From assembly GCA_946542105.1 (NCBI GenBank), contig CAMNKJ010000001.1:35590-99589 (forward strand): a stretch of 64,000 bases of DNA, given 5' to 3'. The position numbers and the translations under genes were made by a program. The DNA is from an uncultured Clostridia bacterium (lineage in GTDB: Bacteria; Bacillota; Clostridia; Oscillospirales; Acutalibacteraceae). The stretch's first letter is position 1. Every line of letters begins with the position of its first letter. Below, in pieces: positions 54,543-64,000 of this stretch. Under the pieces are notes generated by a model. The model saw nothing but the letters and a program-made list of their open reading frames with translations, had not been told where the DNA came from and made no database searches.

Positions 54543-57113
54543 ATGACACAAAAAATCTTATCCGTTATACTGGCGCTCATGCTGGTACTCACCATCACCG
54601 TTCCGGCTATGGCGGCGTCGGTCGATACGGCTGATACGGCTGCTGTTGCGGAGCAGAGCGCTGTGCTGACCTTCTCGAACAGCGGTATCACCGAGACCCA
54701 GTCCGGCAGCGGCTACACCATCGACGGCACCACGCTGACGATCACGACGGGGGGCACCTATCGCATCGGCGGCAGCTGCACAGAGGGCGCGATCATTGTC
54801 AGCAAGGGGCTGAGCAACGTTACGCTCATTCTCGATAACTTGACGCTCGCGTCATCAACAACCTCGCCGATCGTCGTCAAAAAGTCTGCGACGGTCAGCA
54901 TCCACCTCGAGGGTACCTCTACCCTCACCGATAATGAGGATCCCGCGAACGAGACCTCTACCGATACGACCGTGGCCGAAGCCTTTGAGGGTGCGGCGAT
55001 CAAGGTCAAGAGTGGATCATCCGTGACCTTCTGCGGCGATGGAAATCTGAATGTTGTCGCCAACGCGAAGAACGGCATCAAGGGCGGCTCGACAGCCGAG
55101 CTGATCTTTAACCAGAGTGGCACGATCAATGTCAGCGGCAACGCGAAGTATTACGGCGCGACCACCTCGGGCGCGGCAGTCAACAACGGTATCGGCTGTG
55201 ACGGCAGTATTGTCATCAATCAGGGGACCTATATCATCAAAGCCGCCAACGACGGTATCAAGAGCGCTCCCGACGCGACCGACGAAACCGAGGGAACGGT
55301 CATCGACACCGAGTCGGCAGGCACTGTTACCATCAACGGCGGCACCTTCGACATTGACGTGGACGGCGACGGCATTCAAGGCGACACCGCGCTGAACATC
55401 AACGGCGGTACTTTTGATATCCGCACATGGAAGGGCTACAGCGTGTGGAACGATACCCTCGCGGATGAATACAGCTGCAAGGGCTTGAAGGCGTCCGGCG
55501 ACCGTGCCGAGGAAGCAGGCATTGAACCTACATTGAATATCACAGGCGGTAGCTTTACACTGAATACAGGCGACGACGCAGTCCACTCCGACGCGTATGT
55601 GACTGTGACAGGCGGCACCTTCACCATTCAGACAGGTGACGACGGTATGCACGCCGACACTTCTCTGACGATCGGCAGTGAGAACGGCTTAACGCGTGAT
55701 CCCGATATCACGATCAACAACTCCTATGAAGGACTTGAAGGCGGTACCGTCTACATCTATTCCGGCCGTCAGTACGTTGTCGCGAGCGACGACGGCGTGA
55801 ACGCGGCAGGCGGCAGTACCAGCGGCACCGATCCCGGCGCGAGCGGCGGCAATACCTTCAATCCCGGCGGCGGACCCGGAGGACGTCCCGGCAGTGGCGG
55901 CGGTTTCAATCCCGGCGGCGGCTCTACCACCACAGGCAACTATAATATCTATATCTACGGCGGCGATCTGTACGTCAACTGCGACGGCGACGGTCTGGAT
56001 TCCAACGGCGGCTTGTACCTCTACGGCGGTACACAGGCAGTGTTCAGCATGAGATCGGGCGGCGACAATTCTCCGATCGACGCTGACGGCACCATTTCGA
56101 TCCAAGGCGCTTCGCTCTTTGCGGCAGGCTCCAGAGGCGCTGACGGCTCCGCGCAGTCGAGCTGGTTCGGCAGCAATCAGAAGTACACTTCAAGCACCAC
56201 AAGCTATACAGCAGGCAAGATCGTCAACACCAAGGCAGGCAGCAGCGGCAGTGTTGTTTTCAGCTATACGCTTCCTAAGGCGGTCAACTTTGTCTTAGCT
56301 TCCTACCCATCAACGGTATCTTCGAGCACACCTTCCTTTACGACCGCAACGAGCGTGACGGCGTGCAAGGGCGGCTCCCACAGTCACAGCTGGAACTCCG
56401 GTACGGTTACGACCGCGGCGACCGCCACATCTACCGGCGTGATGACATACACTTGTACCAAGTGCGGCGCGACCGAACAGCAGACGATCCCCATGATCGT
56501 ATCTGTTGACGCCTGCGATCATTCCGTTGAGCAGGAAGCGATCATTGATAAGGGCTACGCCGTGACCTTCGCGGGCGACAGCGGCGTGGATTCCATTACC
56601 GTTTATCAGACACAGGACTATACCGGATCGAGTGAATCCGTGTCGGCAAGCGGCTCCACCGTATCACGCAGCAGCGATACCGGAGAGCCCGACTCCTCCG
56701 GCAGCGGACAAGTCAATTTCACTATCGTTCTCAAGGACGGCTACGCGTTAGACAGCGTTTCGGTCACCGACGGAACCTATAAAAATATCAAAGGTCCGAC
56801 CGATACAGGCGTTGCGAACACCTACCGTATCACCAAGGTCAGCGGCGCGGTAACGATCTCGGTCACTACGACAAAGAGTGAGACCTCCGGTTATATCCTC
56901 GGAGACGCTGACGGAAACGGTATTGTCACGATTCTCGACGCGACTTATATCCAGCGCGCGCTGGTCGGTGTCAGCGTTCCCACTGACTTTAACGAGGTTG
57001 CCGCAGATGTTGACGGCGACGGAAACATGACGATCTTAGATGCGGTTTATATTCAGCGTTATCTGGTAGGAGTTGCTGTTCCATACGCAATTGAAGAAAT
57101 GGTATATAACTGA
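54543..57113 (+). CDS. secreted beta-helix carbohydrate-binding protein (Cthe_2159-like repeats) with C-terminal dockerin
   Basis: Signal peptide. Repeated GGTF.I...DDG(I/M)H(S/A)D turns. Gly-rich linker. Dockerin GDADGNGIVTILDATYIQR / DVDGDGNMTILDAVYIQR. Confidence 0.75.
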   Translation: MTQKILSVILALMLVLTITVPAMAASVDTADTAAVAEQSAVLTFSNSGITETQSGSGYTIDGTTLTITTGGTYRIGGSCTEGAIIVSKGLSNVTLILDNLTLASSTTSPIVVKKSATVSIHLEGTSTLTDNEDPANETSTDTTVAEAFEGAAIKVKSGSSVTFCGDGNLNVVANAKNGIKGGSTAELIFNQSGTINVSGNAKYYGATTSGAAVNNGIGCDGSIVINQGTYIIKAANDGIKSAPDATDETEGTVIDTESAGTVTINGGTFDIDVDGDGIQGDTALNINGGTFDIRTWKGYSVWNDTLADEYSCKGLKASGDRAEEAGIEPTLNITGGSFTLNTGDDAVHSDAYVTVTGGTFTIQTGDDGMHADTSLTIGSENGLTRDPDITINNSYEGLEGGTVYIYSGRQYVVASDDGVNAAGGSTSGTDPGASGGNTFNPGGGPGGRPGSGGGFNPGGGSTTTGNYNIYIYGGDLYVNCDGDGLDSNGGLYLYGGTQAVFSMRSGGDNSPIDADGTISIQGASLFAAGSRGADGSAQSSWFGSNQKYTSSTTSYTAGKIVNTKAGSSGSVVFSYTLPKAVNFVLASYPSTVSSSTPSFTTATSVTACKGGSHSHSWNSGTVTTAATATSTGVMTYTCTKCGATEQQTIPMIVSVDACDHSVEQEAIIDKGYAVTFAGDSGVDSITVYQTQDYTGSSESVSASGSTVSRSSDTGEPDSSGSGQVNFTIVLKDGYALDSVSVTDGTYKNIKGPTDTGVANTYRITKVSGAVTISVTTTKSETSGYILGDADGNGIVTILDATYIQRALVGVSVPTDFNEVAADVDGDGNMTILDAVYIQRYLVGVAVPYAIEEMVYN

Positions 57114-57146
57114 AAGGATTTGGGTCATCAAATATCCTTTCACGAA

Positions 57147-57178
57147 AATCTCCCAATCGCTTCTGCGATTGGGAGATT
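57147..57178 (+). terminator. rho-independent terminator
   Basis: AATCTCCCAATCGC-TTCT-GCGATTGGGAGATT. Confidence 0.65.
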
Positions 57179-57336
57179 AGTCTTTCTGCTCAACCCCTGT
57201 TTTCGCTCTCGTGTACGATCCGTTCCGGTTTTGTTGTGGTCAGAATTGTGGTCAAGGAATAAGCCATACAAACATAGATAATCAACTATGATCTTTTTCA
57301 GCATTTTATTTCTTTATTCTATGCGGCGCTGTGTTG

Positions 57337-59067
57337 TTATTCTCTGATTGGAGGGATAAAATCGAGGAACGCCTTGACCATACGCTTGTGATGGATGACA
57401 AAGTGGATCGTCGGGAATTTGTCCTTTGATACGATCACGAGTCGATTGCCAATGATCGCATAGCTGATATTGCGGAAGGCGGGCGTATCGTCAAGCTCCA
57501 GCTTCATGTTCCCATGCCGCTGAGAGAATTCCTTCGTCTGTTCCAAGTGGAGGGCGTATTCCTCATAGGTATACGGCACGTCGGTTTCAAAGAATATCTC
57601 TGCCAAGGAAAGATTCAGAGGAGAACGCTCGAACTGCTCGCGGCTCAACTCAGGGATCACCAGCGTCACATGATACTCCCGGAGCAGCTTCTCTGCGGCT
57701 TCTCTGTATTCCGTGTAAAATTCTCTGATTATCTCAGCGCTGTTCTCGGGGATATGATTTCGCTTTAAGATGCTTTCGAGCAGGTCATCGCTGATCGTGT
57801 AGATCGGCAGACTGCTCGCGACGACCTTTCTGTCATCGCTTTCCCAGAGCTTTTTCAGGTGGATGAAAAAGTCCTCCTTGCGCTCGCTGCGATATATTTC
57901 CATCAACGGCCGCGCCTTTTCCAGAAGCTGCTCGGCACGGACACGGAAATGCCTGACGTCTTCCTTTGATTTATACAGCATATATCTGCCGCTGCTCTGA
58001 TGCCCCGCGATCGCGTTGCCTACCAATGCGGCGGCGCCCGACACATTCAGGAGATGGTTAAACACGGCGCTCTGGGATGTGGTGAGATAGTAGGGAGAGA
58101 TCTGACCGGTCATATACATGGGGATATGCCCCTCCAGTCCGAGCATCATCTCATGAAACGGTCGGTTCACATCGTGGATGATGTGCAGGTGCAGACCCTT
58201 CTTCAGCATCATAGCACGTCCGAACATCCATTTTTTCGGAAATCCAGGATCCTTCGCCATTTCTTCCAGCGGCATATCGCTGTAGAGGATACAGTCCTTC
58301 TTAGAACGCGAGAGAACGGTTGCCTTGATGAAGTCCAGCTCGCTTTCCATCATCTCCTGAATGCCGTTATACTCCTTGGTCGTCGGAAGCTGGAACGGAG
58401 TAGTTGGCAGCTTGATATCATTGAAATGGATCGTGCGGATGAAATCATCCAGATTGAACGTTTCCATTTTGTCGAGAAAACGCGACATCGGGCTTTCTAC
58501 CTCACGCGGTACGGCATAGCCGAGATATTCCACCGTCTTCTCAAATACGCCGTTCGGCGCGTTCAACTCCTCCTCGGTACAGCCGTAAAGCGTGCACAAA
58601 GCGGAGGGAGAGATATGATTCGTTTTGACGTACTGGCGAATGAAGGAGGCTGTCTGCGCCGTGAAGCCCTCAAGATCGGCAGGCTTGTTCGCTCCTGACA
58701 GGATACGGGAAATGTAGGAGGGATCATAGCTCACGCCGCGGGCAAATTCAGCGTTTCGGATATTCAACTCAGAGAGCAAGGAGCGGAGCTTCTGCAAAAT
58801 CTCCTTGAAGAGCGTCTCATCCTCCGTGAGGCTTGCGACTGCCTCGATCCTGATTTCATCTTCGGAGAGATCAATCCCTTTCCCCCCGGCGATCTCCGCC
58901 AACGCTCCGATAATAGCGGAAAAGGCGCTGCCGTCTATCGGCGGCTCGATCTCACCGTGTCTGTAGCGGCTGATCGTCGCCTGCGACACGCCCGAGGCGT
59001 CGGACAGCTCCCTCGCAGTACAGGAAAGGGTCTCCATATATTGGTTCAATAGCTCGCTGAAGGTCAT
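57337..59067 (-). CDS. 576-aa protein with two N-terminal XRE-type HTH motifs and a large uncharacterised C-terminal domain
   Basis: HTH1 ARELSDASGVSQATISRYRHG. HTH2 NAEFARGVSYDPSYISRILSG. Confidence 0.6.
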   Translation of the reverse strand: MTFSELLNQYMETLSCTARELSDASGVSQATISRYRHGEIEPPIDGSAFSAIIGALAEIAGGKGIDLSEDEIRIEAVASLTEDETLFKEILQKLRSLLSELNIRNAEFARGVSYDPSYISRILSGANKPADLEGFTAQTASFIRQYVKTNHISPSALCTLYGCTEEELNAPNGVFEKTVEYLGYAVPREVESPMSRFLDKMETFNLDDFIRTIHFNDIKLPTTPFQLPTTKEYNGIQEMMESELDFIKATVLSRSKKDCILYSDMPLEEMAKDPGFPKKWMFGRAMMLKKGLHLHIIHDVNRPFHEMMLGLEGHIPMYMTGQISPYYLTTSQSAVFNHLLNVSGAAALVGNAIAGHQSSGRYMLYKSKEDVRHFRVRAEQLLEKARPLMEIYRSERKEDFFIHLKKLWESDDRKVVASSLPIYTISDDLLESILKRNHIPENSAEIIREFYTEYREAAEKLLREYHVTLVIPELSREQFERSPLNLSLAEIFFETDVPYTYEEYALHLEQTKEFSQRHGNMKLELDDTPAFRNISYAIIGNRLVIVSKDKFPTIHFVIHHKRMVKAFLDFIPPIRE

Positions 59068-59123
59068 GATATCACCGGATCACATAATATTTCATGATAA
59101 TCATATCACATTCCCCGTGGAAA

Positions 59124-59168
59124 GCAAACAGATTTGCATAAACATGAAATTGCGTATTCATGCAATTT
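59124..59168. promoter_or_regulatory. two inverted repeats in the divergent promoter region (GCAAA-CAGA-TTTGC; AAATTGC-N8-GCAATTT)
   Basis: Read directly from the sequence. Candidate operators for the adjacent HTH protein. Confidence 0.3.
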
Positions 59169-59246
59169 GATTGTGCTGTATTCCCGTTCCTGTTATAGTA
59201 AGTGTAAGCGAATGTTATTCTTTTTAACAGGAAAGGAGCAAACAAG

Positions 59247-62200
59247 ATGAAGAGATTTTCGAGAAATCTGCTTGCAGTGATACTGGCGGTACTGCTTTTG
59301 GCGTCCGCTTTGCCGCTGACCGCCTTTGCGGCGGAGGAAAAGCCGACCCCCACCTCCGGTCCGGCGGAGAACGTCTTTATCTATGGCGGCGCCCGCGTGG
59401 GCGTTTATGACACGGCGACACGTCAGGAACTCAGCGTTGTCTATTATGACTACACGAACGGCGGTCTCAAGATCAACAACAGCGCCGTGAGCGGTATGAC
59501 TTACGACAAGGCGACCAACACCCTGACCGTCGAGAACGTCCATCAGCGAGACAATGAGCTTTTCATCTGGTATATGGGCGACGACTTCAAGCTCAATGTC
59601 AAGGGCGAGAATGAATTCGGCGTGATCTTCGTCTACAACGGTTTCAATTTCCACAGCACGAGCCTGAATATCGTCGGCGACGGTACGCTGACCGTGAACG
59701 AACAGCGCAGGAATGATATTGCGATCCAAATGGTTGCGAACGGCGATCACAGCCTCATGCACCTCGATATCGCCGACACCGTCACCGTTCATCTGTATTC
59801 CGCTCAGGGTGAAGAAGGAGAAGATCCGAATCCTGTCGCCGCTCTGAGCTCTACTCGCATCACCACCGCTGAGGGCGGTGCGATCACTGTCGGCGGCGTC
59901 GCGATGCCCGAGGCGAAGGGCAAGCAGATCGTCTTAGAGGAGCCGGACTACGTTCCTGCGCTGATCGTCGATAACTCCGGCACAGAGGTTGTACAGGGCA
60001 CGATGGTAACGCCCAAGTCCAAGAGCGACGCAGAAGGTAAGTACGCGCTCAGCGTCATGGACGGCGTCATCTATCTCGTTTCTCGCTATATGTATGTGGA
60101 GGACCTCCGTATGTGGGTCGTTGATCAGGATTTCAGTGACAAGGGCTTTATCGGCAGGCGCTACACTAAGGAAGAATTTGAGGAGCAGTACGACTATGTC
60201 TACGGCATGGCGCCCACGCAGGTCGCGTTCATGGATACATACCAATATGAGAATCGCGGTTGGTCTGCCGCAAAGCTGACAAGAGCCGACGAGCCCGGCG
60301 CGGTATATGCCGGAGAGGTCGACTGGGAAGATGACTTCGACGATCCGCACGGCTTCACGGTCTATCGCGTTGTTTGGAGCGACGCGGACGAGATCTATTT
60401 AGAGGACGACAGCTATACGCCGAAGTATATCGCGCGCTCTGAGCTGGAAAACGAGGGCTTCACCCTGCCGACTGAGGATATCGAGCGAAATAATGAGCTT
60501 ACCGTTTGGAGCTCAGACGATCCTACGGATGACGACCGCTTCGAGATGACCCGCGAGGTGATCCGGCGCAAGTCCGCTCCCGACGATCTCTTTGTGCAAG
60601 TCGGCACCTACAGCTCCTCTTCCGGAGAGACCGGTATCTCCATCCAGAAGGTGCATTTCGATCCCGAAACAGAGGAATTCTACATTCTCTACGCGGACTA
60701 TTCCTCCGCCGAGTATATGACGGTCTCCGACGCGGAGCTGGAGAGCGGCGAAGAATTTTATTATGATATCGAGAACGTGACGAGACCGGTCGAGATCCGT
60801 TATGTTAATGCGTCCTACAACTTTGACAATTATGCGGAAAAGGGCGTCCTGTTATCCAAGAAGGATGACCCCGACGCCGTCTATGCTTACAAGCAGTGGA
60901 CGCATTTCTCCGATGGGATCGTAAACACGGATTATGCCGTCATCAGGCTTGAGTCCCGCAACGGTCATTACTTTGAGGACGAGGAGTTTGAGGAGCAGGA
61001 GTTCTATGATCTGAGCGATCTTGAATGGATGGGCTATGAGATCGTCGAGAGCTACCAGCCCCTTGATTATAAGACGAAGGGCAGCGTTGACCGTCTTGAG
61101 CTACCGCTCTATACCGATAACGACGGCAACCGTTATTATGCGGATTATAACAATAACGTATACAGCTTTACCGAGAGCGATCTCATTCAGATCGGCTCCG
61201 AAAAGTACTATTGGGGCATGCCTGAAAATACGCTGAGCGTGGATGATCTCAACGACACCGTCCACGAGGTCGTGACCGATAACTACAGCTACCTGATTCC
61301 CGGTACGGAGTACCACCACACAGGCGGCCAGGGAGAGTATACCGAGTACGCGCTCTGGGTCAACGGCGAACAGCTCAATTCCGACAGGCTTATGGTCCCC
61401 TGCGGCAAGGGCTCTGCGGTTTATGACCCTGCGAAGAACACGCTGACGCTGCATAATGCCGAGATCACAAAGGGCGCCGAGAAGGATTGGACCTACTCCG
61501 GCGTACTTAGCCAGATGGAGAATCTGACCGTTGTGATCAGCGGCGACTGTACGATCTCTGAGACAGGCGGCGACGGCATCGGCACCTATAACAGCGAATC
61601 CTATCAGATCGGCGACGTCATCTATCCCGCTCCCTATGATCTCACAATTACAGGCGACGGTACGCTGACCATCACCGAAAGCAACCCAATCTACGGTTAC
61701 GGCTTTTACTGCACCGGCAACCTCTCGATCGAAGGCGTGAAGCTCCATATCAACTCAGCCGCTGCGGGTATCTGGGCTTCCGATCTCAAGATGAAGCAGG
61801 TCGAAGCTGATATCCACACCTCCTCGTGGTACTCCGGTATCGTTATCAATCGCGGCAGCTTCGCGTTCGATGACAGCACAGTGACCGCGGAGAGTGCCGA
61901 GGGAGCCGCACTCCTGCTGGGTAATGATCAAGATAACAGCGTTCTGACGATCGAAGGCGGCGAATTGGATCTGAGAGGAAAGCTCGGTGTGCAGGGCGTC
62001 GTCGATCAATGCAGCGTTGTCGTGAACAGCGGCACGCTGCGCGTTGAGGGCGAGAATGCAGCATTTGATGAAACCTATCTTGCCGATAACGCGAAATACA
62101 TTGTCATGGGTGAAGGCGTCAGCGTTGTTTCCGGAGATATTTTCGGAAAGGCTGTTGTGATCTCCTCCGCATCACTTCTCGGCGATGTGGACGGCAGCGG

Positions 62201-62387
62201 CAATGTGACAATCGCTGACGCAACATATATACAGCGCCATATTGTAGGTGTACCGATTCCGTTTATTTTAAATGAAACGATTGCCGACACCGACGGTGAC
62301 GGTGCCGTCACGATCATGGACGCGACCTATATCCAAAGATGGCTGGCGAATCTGACATCCAATGGTAATATCGGCAAGCCGATATAA
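59247..62387 (+). CDS. 1046-aa secreted protein of unknown function with C-terminal dockerin
   Basis: Signal peptide ...LPLTAFAAEE. Dockerin GDVDGSGNVTIADATYIQR / DTDGDGAVTIMDATYIQR. Confidence 0.7.
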   Translation: MKRFSRNLLAVILAVLLLASALPLTAFAAEEKPTPTSGPAENVFIYGGARVGVYDTATRQELSVVYYDYTNGGLKINNSAVSGMTYDKATNTLTVENVHQRDNELFIWYMGDDFKLNVKGENEFGVIFVYNGFNFHSTSLNIVGDGTLTVNEQRRNDIAIQMVANGDHSLMHLDIADTVTVHLYSAQGEEGEDPNPVAALSSTRITTAEGGAITVGGVAMPEAKGKQIVLEEPDYVPALIVDNSGTEVVQGTMVTPKSKSDAEGKYALSVMDGVIYLVSRYMYVEDLRMWVVDQDFSDKGFIGRRYTKEEFEEQYDYVYGMAPTQVAFMDTYQYENRGWSAAKLTRADEPGAVYAGEVDWEDDFDDPHGFTVYRVVWSDADEIYLEDDSYTPKYIARSELENEGFTLPTEDIERNNELTVWSSDDPTDDDRFEMTREVIRRKSAPDDLFVQVGTYSSSSGETGISIQKVHFDPETEEFYILYADYSSAEYMTVSDAELESGEEFYYDIENVTRPVEIRYVNASYNFDNYAEKGVLLSKKDDPDAVYAYKQWTHFSDGIVNTDYAVIRLESRNGHYFEDEEFEEQEFYDLSDLEWMGYEIVESYQPLDYKTKGSVDRLELPLYTDNDGNRYYADYNNNVYSFTESDLIQIGSEKYYWGMPENTLSVDDLNDTVHEVVTDNYSYLIPGTEYHHTGGQGEYTEYALWVNGEQLNSDRLMVPCGKGSAVYDPAKNTLTLHNAEITKGAEKDWTYSGVLSQMENLTVVISGDCTISETGGDGIGTYNSESYQIGDVIYPAPYDLTITGDGTLTITESNPIYGYGFYCTGNLSIEGVKLHINSAAAGIWASDLKMKQVEADIHTSSWYSGIVINRGSFAFDDSTVTAESAEGAALLLGNDQDNSVLTIEGGELDLRGKLGVQGVVDQCSVVVNSGTLRVEGENAAFDETYLADNAKYIVMGEGVSVVSGDIFGKAVVISSASLLGDVDGSGNVTIADATYIQRHIVGVPIPFILNETIADTDGDGAVTIMDATYIQRWLANLTSNGNIGKPI

Positions 62388-62413
62388 AAACCAATTCACA
62401 TCATTAACATTAC

Positions 62414-62440
62414 GGGCGGGGCTTCGGCTCCGCCTTTTTC
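62414..62440 (+). terminator. rho-independent terminator
   Basis: GGCGGGGC-TTCG-GCTCCGCC followed by TTTTT. Confidence 0.6.
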
Positions 62441-62492
62441 TGCGAAATTCTCCGCTAATATCTTTTTAAAGCTTTTTATTGCTACTTAGTAT
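62438..62492. repeat. solo right arm of the palindromic element, 55/55 identical to 41746-41800
   Basis: TTCTGCGAAATTCTCCGCTAATATCTTTTTAAAGCTTTTTATTGCTACTTAGTAT, compared base by base. Confidence 0.9.
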
Positions 62493-62599
62493 AAAGCGAT
62501 GATTTCCTCAATAGGAAGTCATCGCTTTTTCTAAAGCCGAACCATCAAGTATAAATTCATAAAATACTGTCTGATCAGCATACTATTCTTGGTGATGTA

Positions 62600-63127
62600 A
62601 TGAAGATAATCCTTCATGTTTTGGTTATGGTATTATTGGCGGTGTTGGTCATGCTATTTTTTTATCCGGCATTACATGAGGCGGCTCATGCGTTGGTTGC
62701 GAAAATCTGCGGTGCGGAAGTGGTGAATATCGAGGTGGTTCCGATAGCGCGCACGGATATAGTGACTGAGCATTGCGATCGGATGGAAATAATTCTGATC
62801 ATGATGTCGGGAGGAGTGCTGCCTGTGCTGCTTTTGTTTGCTTTTCCGCAAGGTCCCTATTACATTTATCATATCAAGCTGATTGTCGCTTTGATCAGCG
62901 CTTCAAGCGCTGTTACGTCCGTGATATATGTTTTGCAGTATATGAAAGGAAAAGAATATCTTTATGATGATGCGGTAAGGCTGTTGAAATATGTTCCTGA
63001 TGCGCAATTCGCTGTTTTGGCAATTCTTGTCGTACAATTCGTCGTATCGTTGGCATACTGTATTATGACCAAGCCTATCAACAGAATAACCGATATATTA
63101 AAAAATCAGCCGTTGAAAAACGACTGA
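62600..63127 (+). CDS. small polytopic membrane protein with HExxH motif (DUF3267-like putative zincin)
   Basis: LHEAAHALVA follows TM1. About 4-5 TM segments. Confidence 0.5.
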   Translation: MKIILHVLVMVLLAVLVMLFFYPALHEAAHALVAKICGAEVVNIEVVPIARTDIVTEHCDRMEIILIMMSGGVLPVLLLFAFPQGPYYIYHIKLIVALISASSAVTSVIYVLQYMKGKEYLYDDAVRLLKYVPDAQFAVLAILVVQFVVSLAYCIMTKPINRITDILKNQPLKND

Positions 63128-63336
63128 TTTTAATATGTAGAACTTGAGGTTCTGACATATTTTGCCTTTTACTTTAGATTGGATTATAACATTTGTGTCG
63201 AAATATGTCAATGAATTAATGATAGTTTTATGCAATTTATTGTAAATAAATGTATAAAATTTGAACAAAATGTCATATGCTATTCCTATCTATTGTAAAG
63301 CAATAGAAAATCATTATCAGGAGGGATAAGCGCAAA

Positions 63337-64000
63337 ATGAACTATTCAACCAAACGAAAACATCCGAAAAGACATAGGAAACACTTTGTTTCTACACCTC
63401 GATCAAACAAAACCTTTTGCAGCATATACAACGAAGAACCTGATACATACGATTGTTTCGACAGTGAACGAACCTTATATGAGCTGCTGAACACATGGCT
63501 TGATGTTAACCGTCTCAAGCACAAACCGTCTACAGAATCCAAATATCGTTACATGATCGATAAACATATTTCTCCCTCACTTGGATATATCAGGGTAAGA
63601 GATATTACCGAAAAAACGCTCAACGATTTCCTTCTTGACAAGCTGAGCTCCGGAGGGATAAAAGGAGGAAACAGCTTATCACCCGCTTATGTAAGGACGA
63701 TGATGGTCATTTTGAATTCCGCAATGCGTCTGGCATATGAAGAGGGGATGCAAAAGCAGATCAAAGCAAAGATTGTTTTCCCCTCAGTTTGCCATAAGCC
63801 CAGTATTATATCGGTTCAAGAGCAAAAAGCATTGGAAGAATACATCATCCATCATCCGACAACGACGGGAACAGGAGTTTTACTTGCACTCAGGATGGGA
63901 CTGAGAGTGGGAGAAATTTGTGCTTTGACATGGAAAGACATTGATTTTGAAAATAAGATTTTACATGTTCACGCAACGGTGGTACGTGATTCTATCCATA
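63337..64000 (+). CDS. tyrosine recombinase / phage-type integrase (3' end outside window)
   Basis: My own translation of an ORF not in the track. AGGAGGGA RBS. SAM-like N-domain (KPSTESKYRYMIDKHI...). Start of catalytic domain LALRMGLRVGEICALTWKDIDF (catalytic Arg box). Confidence 0.8.
   Translation, partial: MNYSTKRKHPKRHRKHFVSTPRSNKTFCSIYNEEPDTYDCFDSERTLYELLNTWLDVNRLKHKPSTESKYRYMIDKHISPSLGYIRVRDITEKTLNDFLLDKLSSGGIKGGNSLSPAYVRTMMVILNSAMRLAYEEGMQKQIKAKIVFPSVCHKPSIISVQEQKALEEYIIHHPTTTGTGVLLALRMGLRVGEICALTWKDIDFENKILHVHATVVRDSIH

Larger units (their letters stand above)
62495..64000 (+). mobile_element. left end of a probable integrated element (AT-rich; continues beyond the window)
   Basis: Composition shifts abruptly right after the repeat arm. 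Contains an HExxH membrane protein gene and a tyrosine integrase gene. Confidence 0.4.

Overview
The window looks like a moderately GC-rich Clostridia chromosome, probably Ruminococcus-like Oscillospiraceae. That guess is an inference from three ORFs carrying duplicated-loop dockerin modules and from gene content. Positions 1 to about 36 kb are mostly core housekeeping genes: proC (3' part), patatin-like lipase, guaA, holB-yaaT, yfcE, hflX, an L,D-transpeptidase, an FHA-FtsW/RodA fusion plus PBP, glnS, gltX, secA, two tandem K+ uptake systems (KtrBA-like and TrkAH), coaX, split transketolase, asparaginase, an EamA transporter and an AraC regulator. From about 36.6 kb to the end the content is accessory. 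It holds an MBL-fold lipoprotein, an FkbM methyltransferase, an AT-rich islet with an orphan secreted 544-aa protein plus TetR, an ABC-F ATPase, an SNF transporter, flavodoxin, a MATE fusion, a GT2-DUF218 fusion and a dockerin-only mini-ORF. It also holds a translationally coupled operon (adenylation-GNAT fusion, HxlR, esterase, SPL-type radical SAM), two large dockerin proteins with a 576-aa HTH protein between them, and an AT-rich segment with a tyrosine integrase running off the 3' edge. I found no rRNA, tRNA or CRISPR array and no riboswitch I could support. The most unusual signal is non-coding. Almost every long intergenic gap is filled by a mosaic of short recurring modules: heptad-repeat arms, GC mini-hairpins with compensatory stem changes, a recurring GACACGCGTGTC palindrome, an AAATCATG word family, and a palindromic MITE-like element. 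The 55-nt arm of the MITE-like element recurs with 100% identity 20.7 kb away, exactly where the integrase-bearing AT-rich segment starts. All functional calls come from motif recognition by eye. No searches or computations were run.
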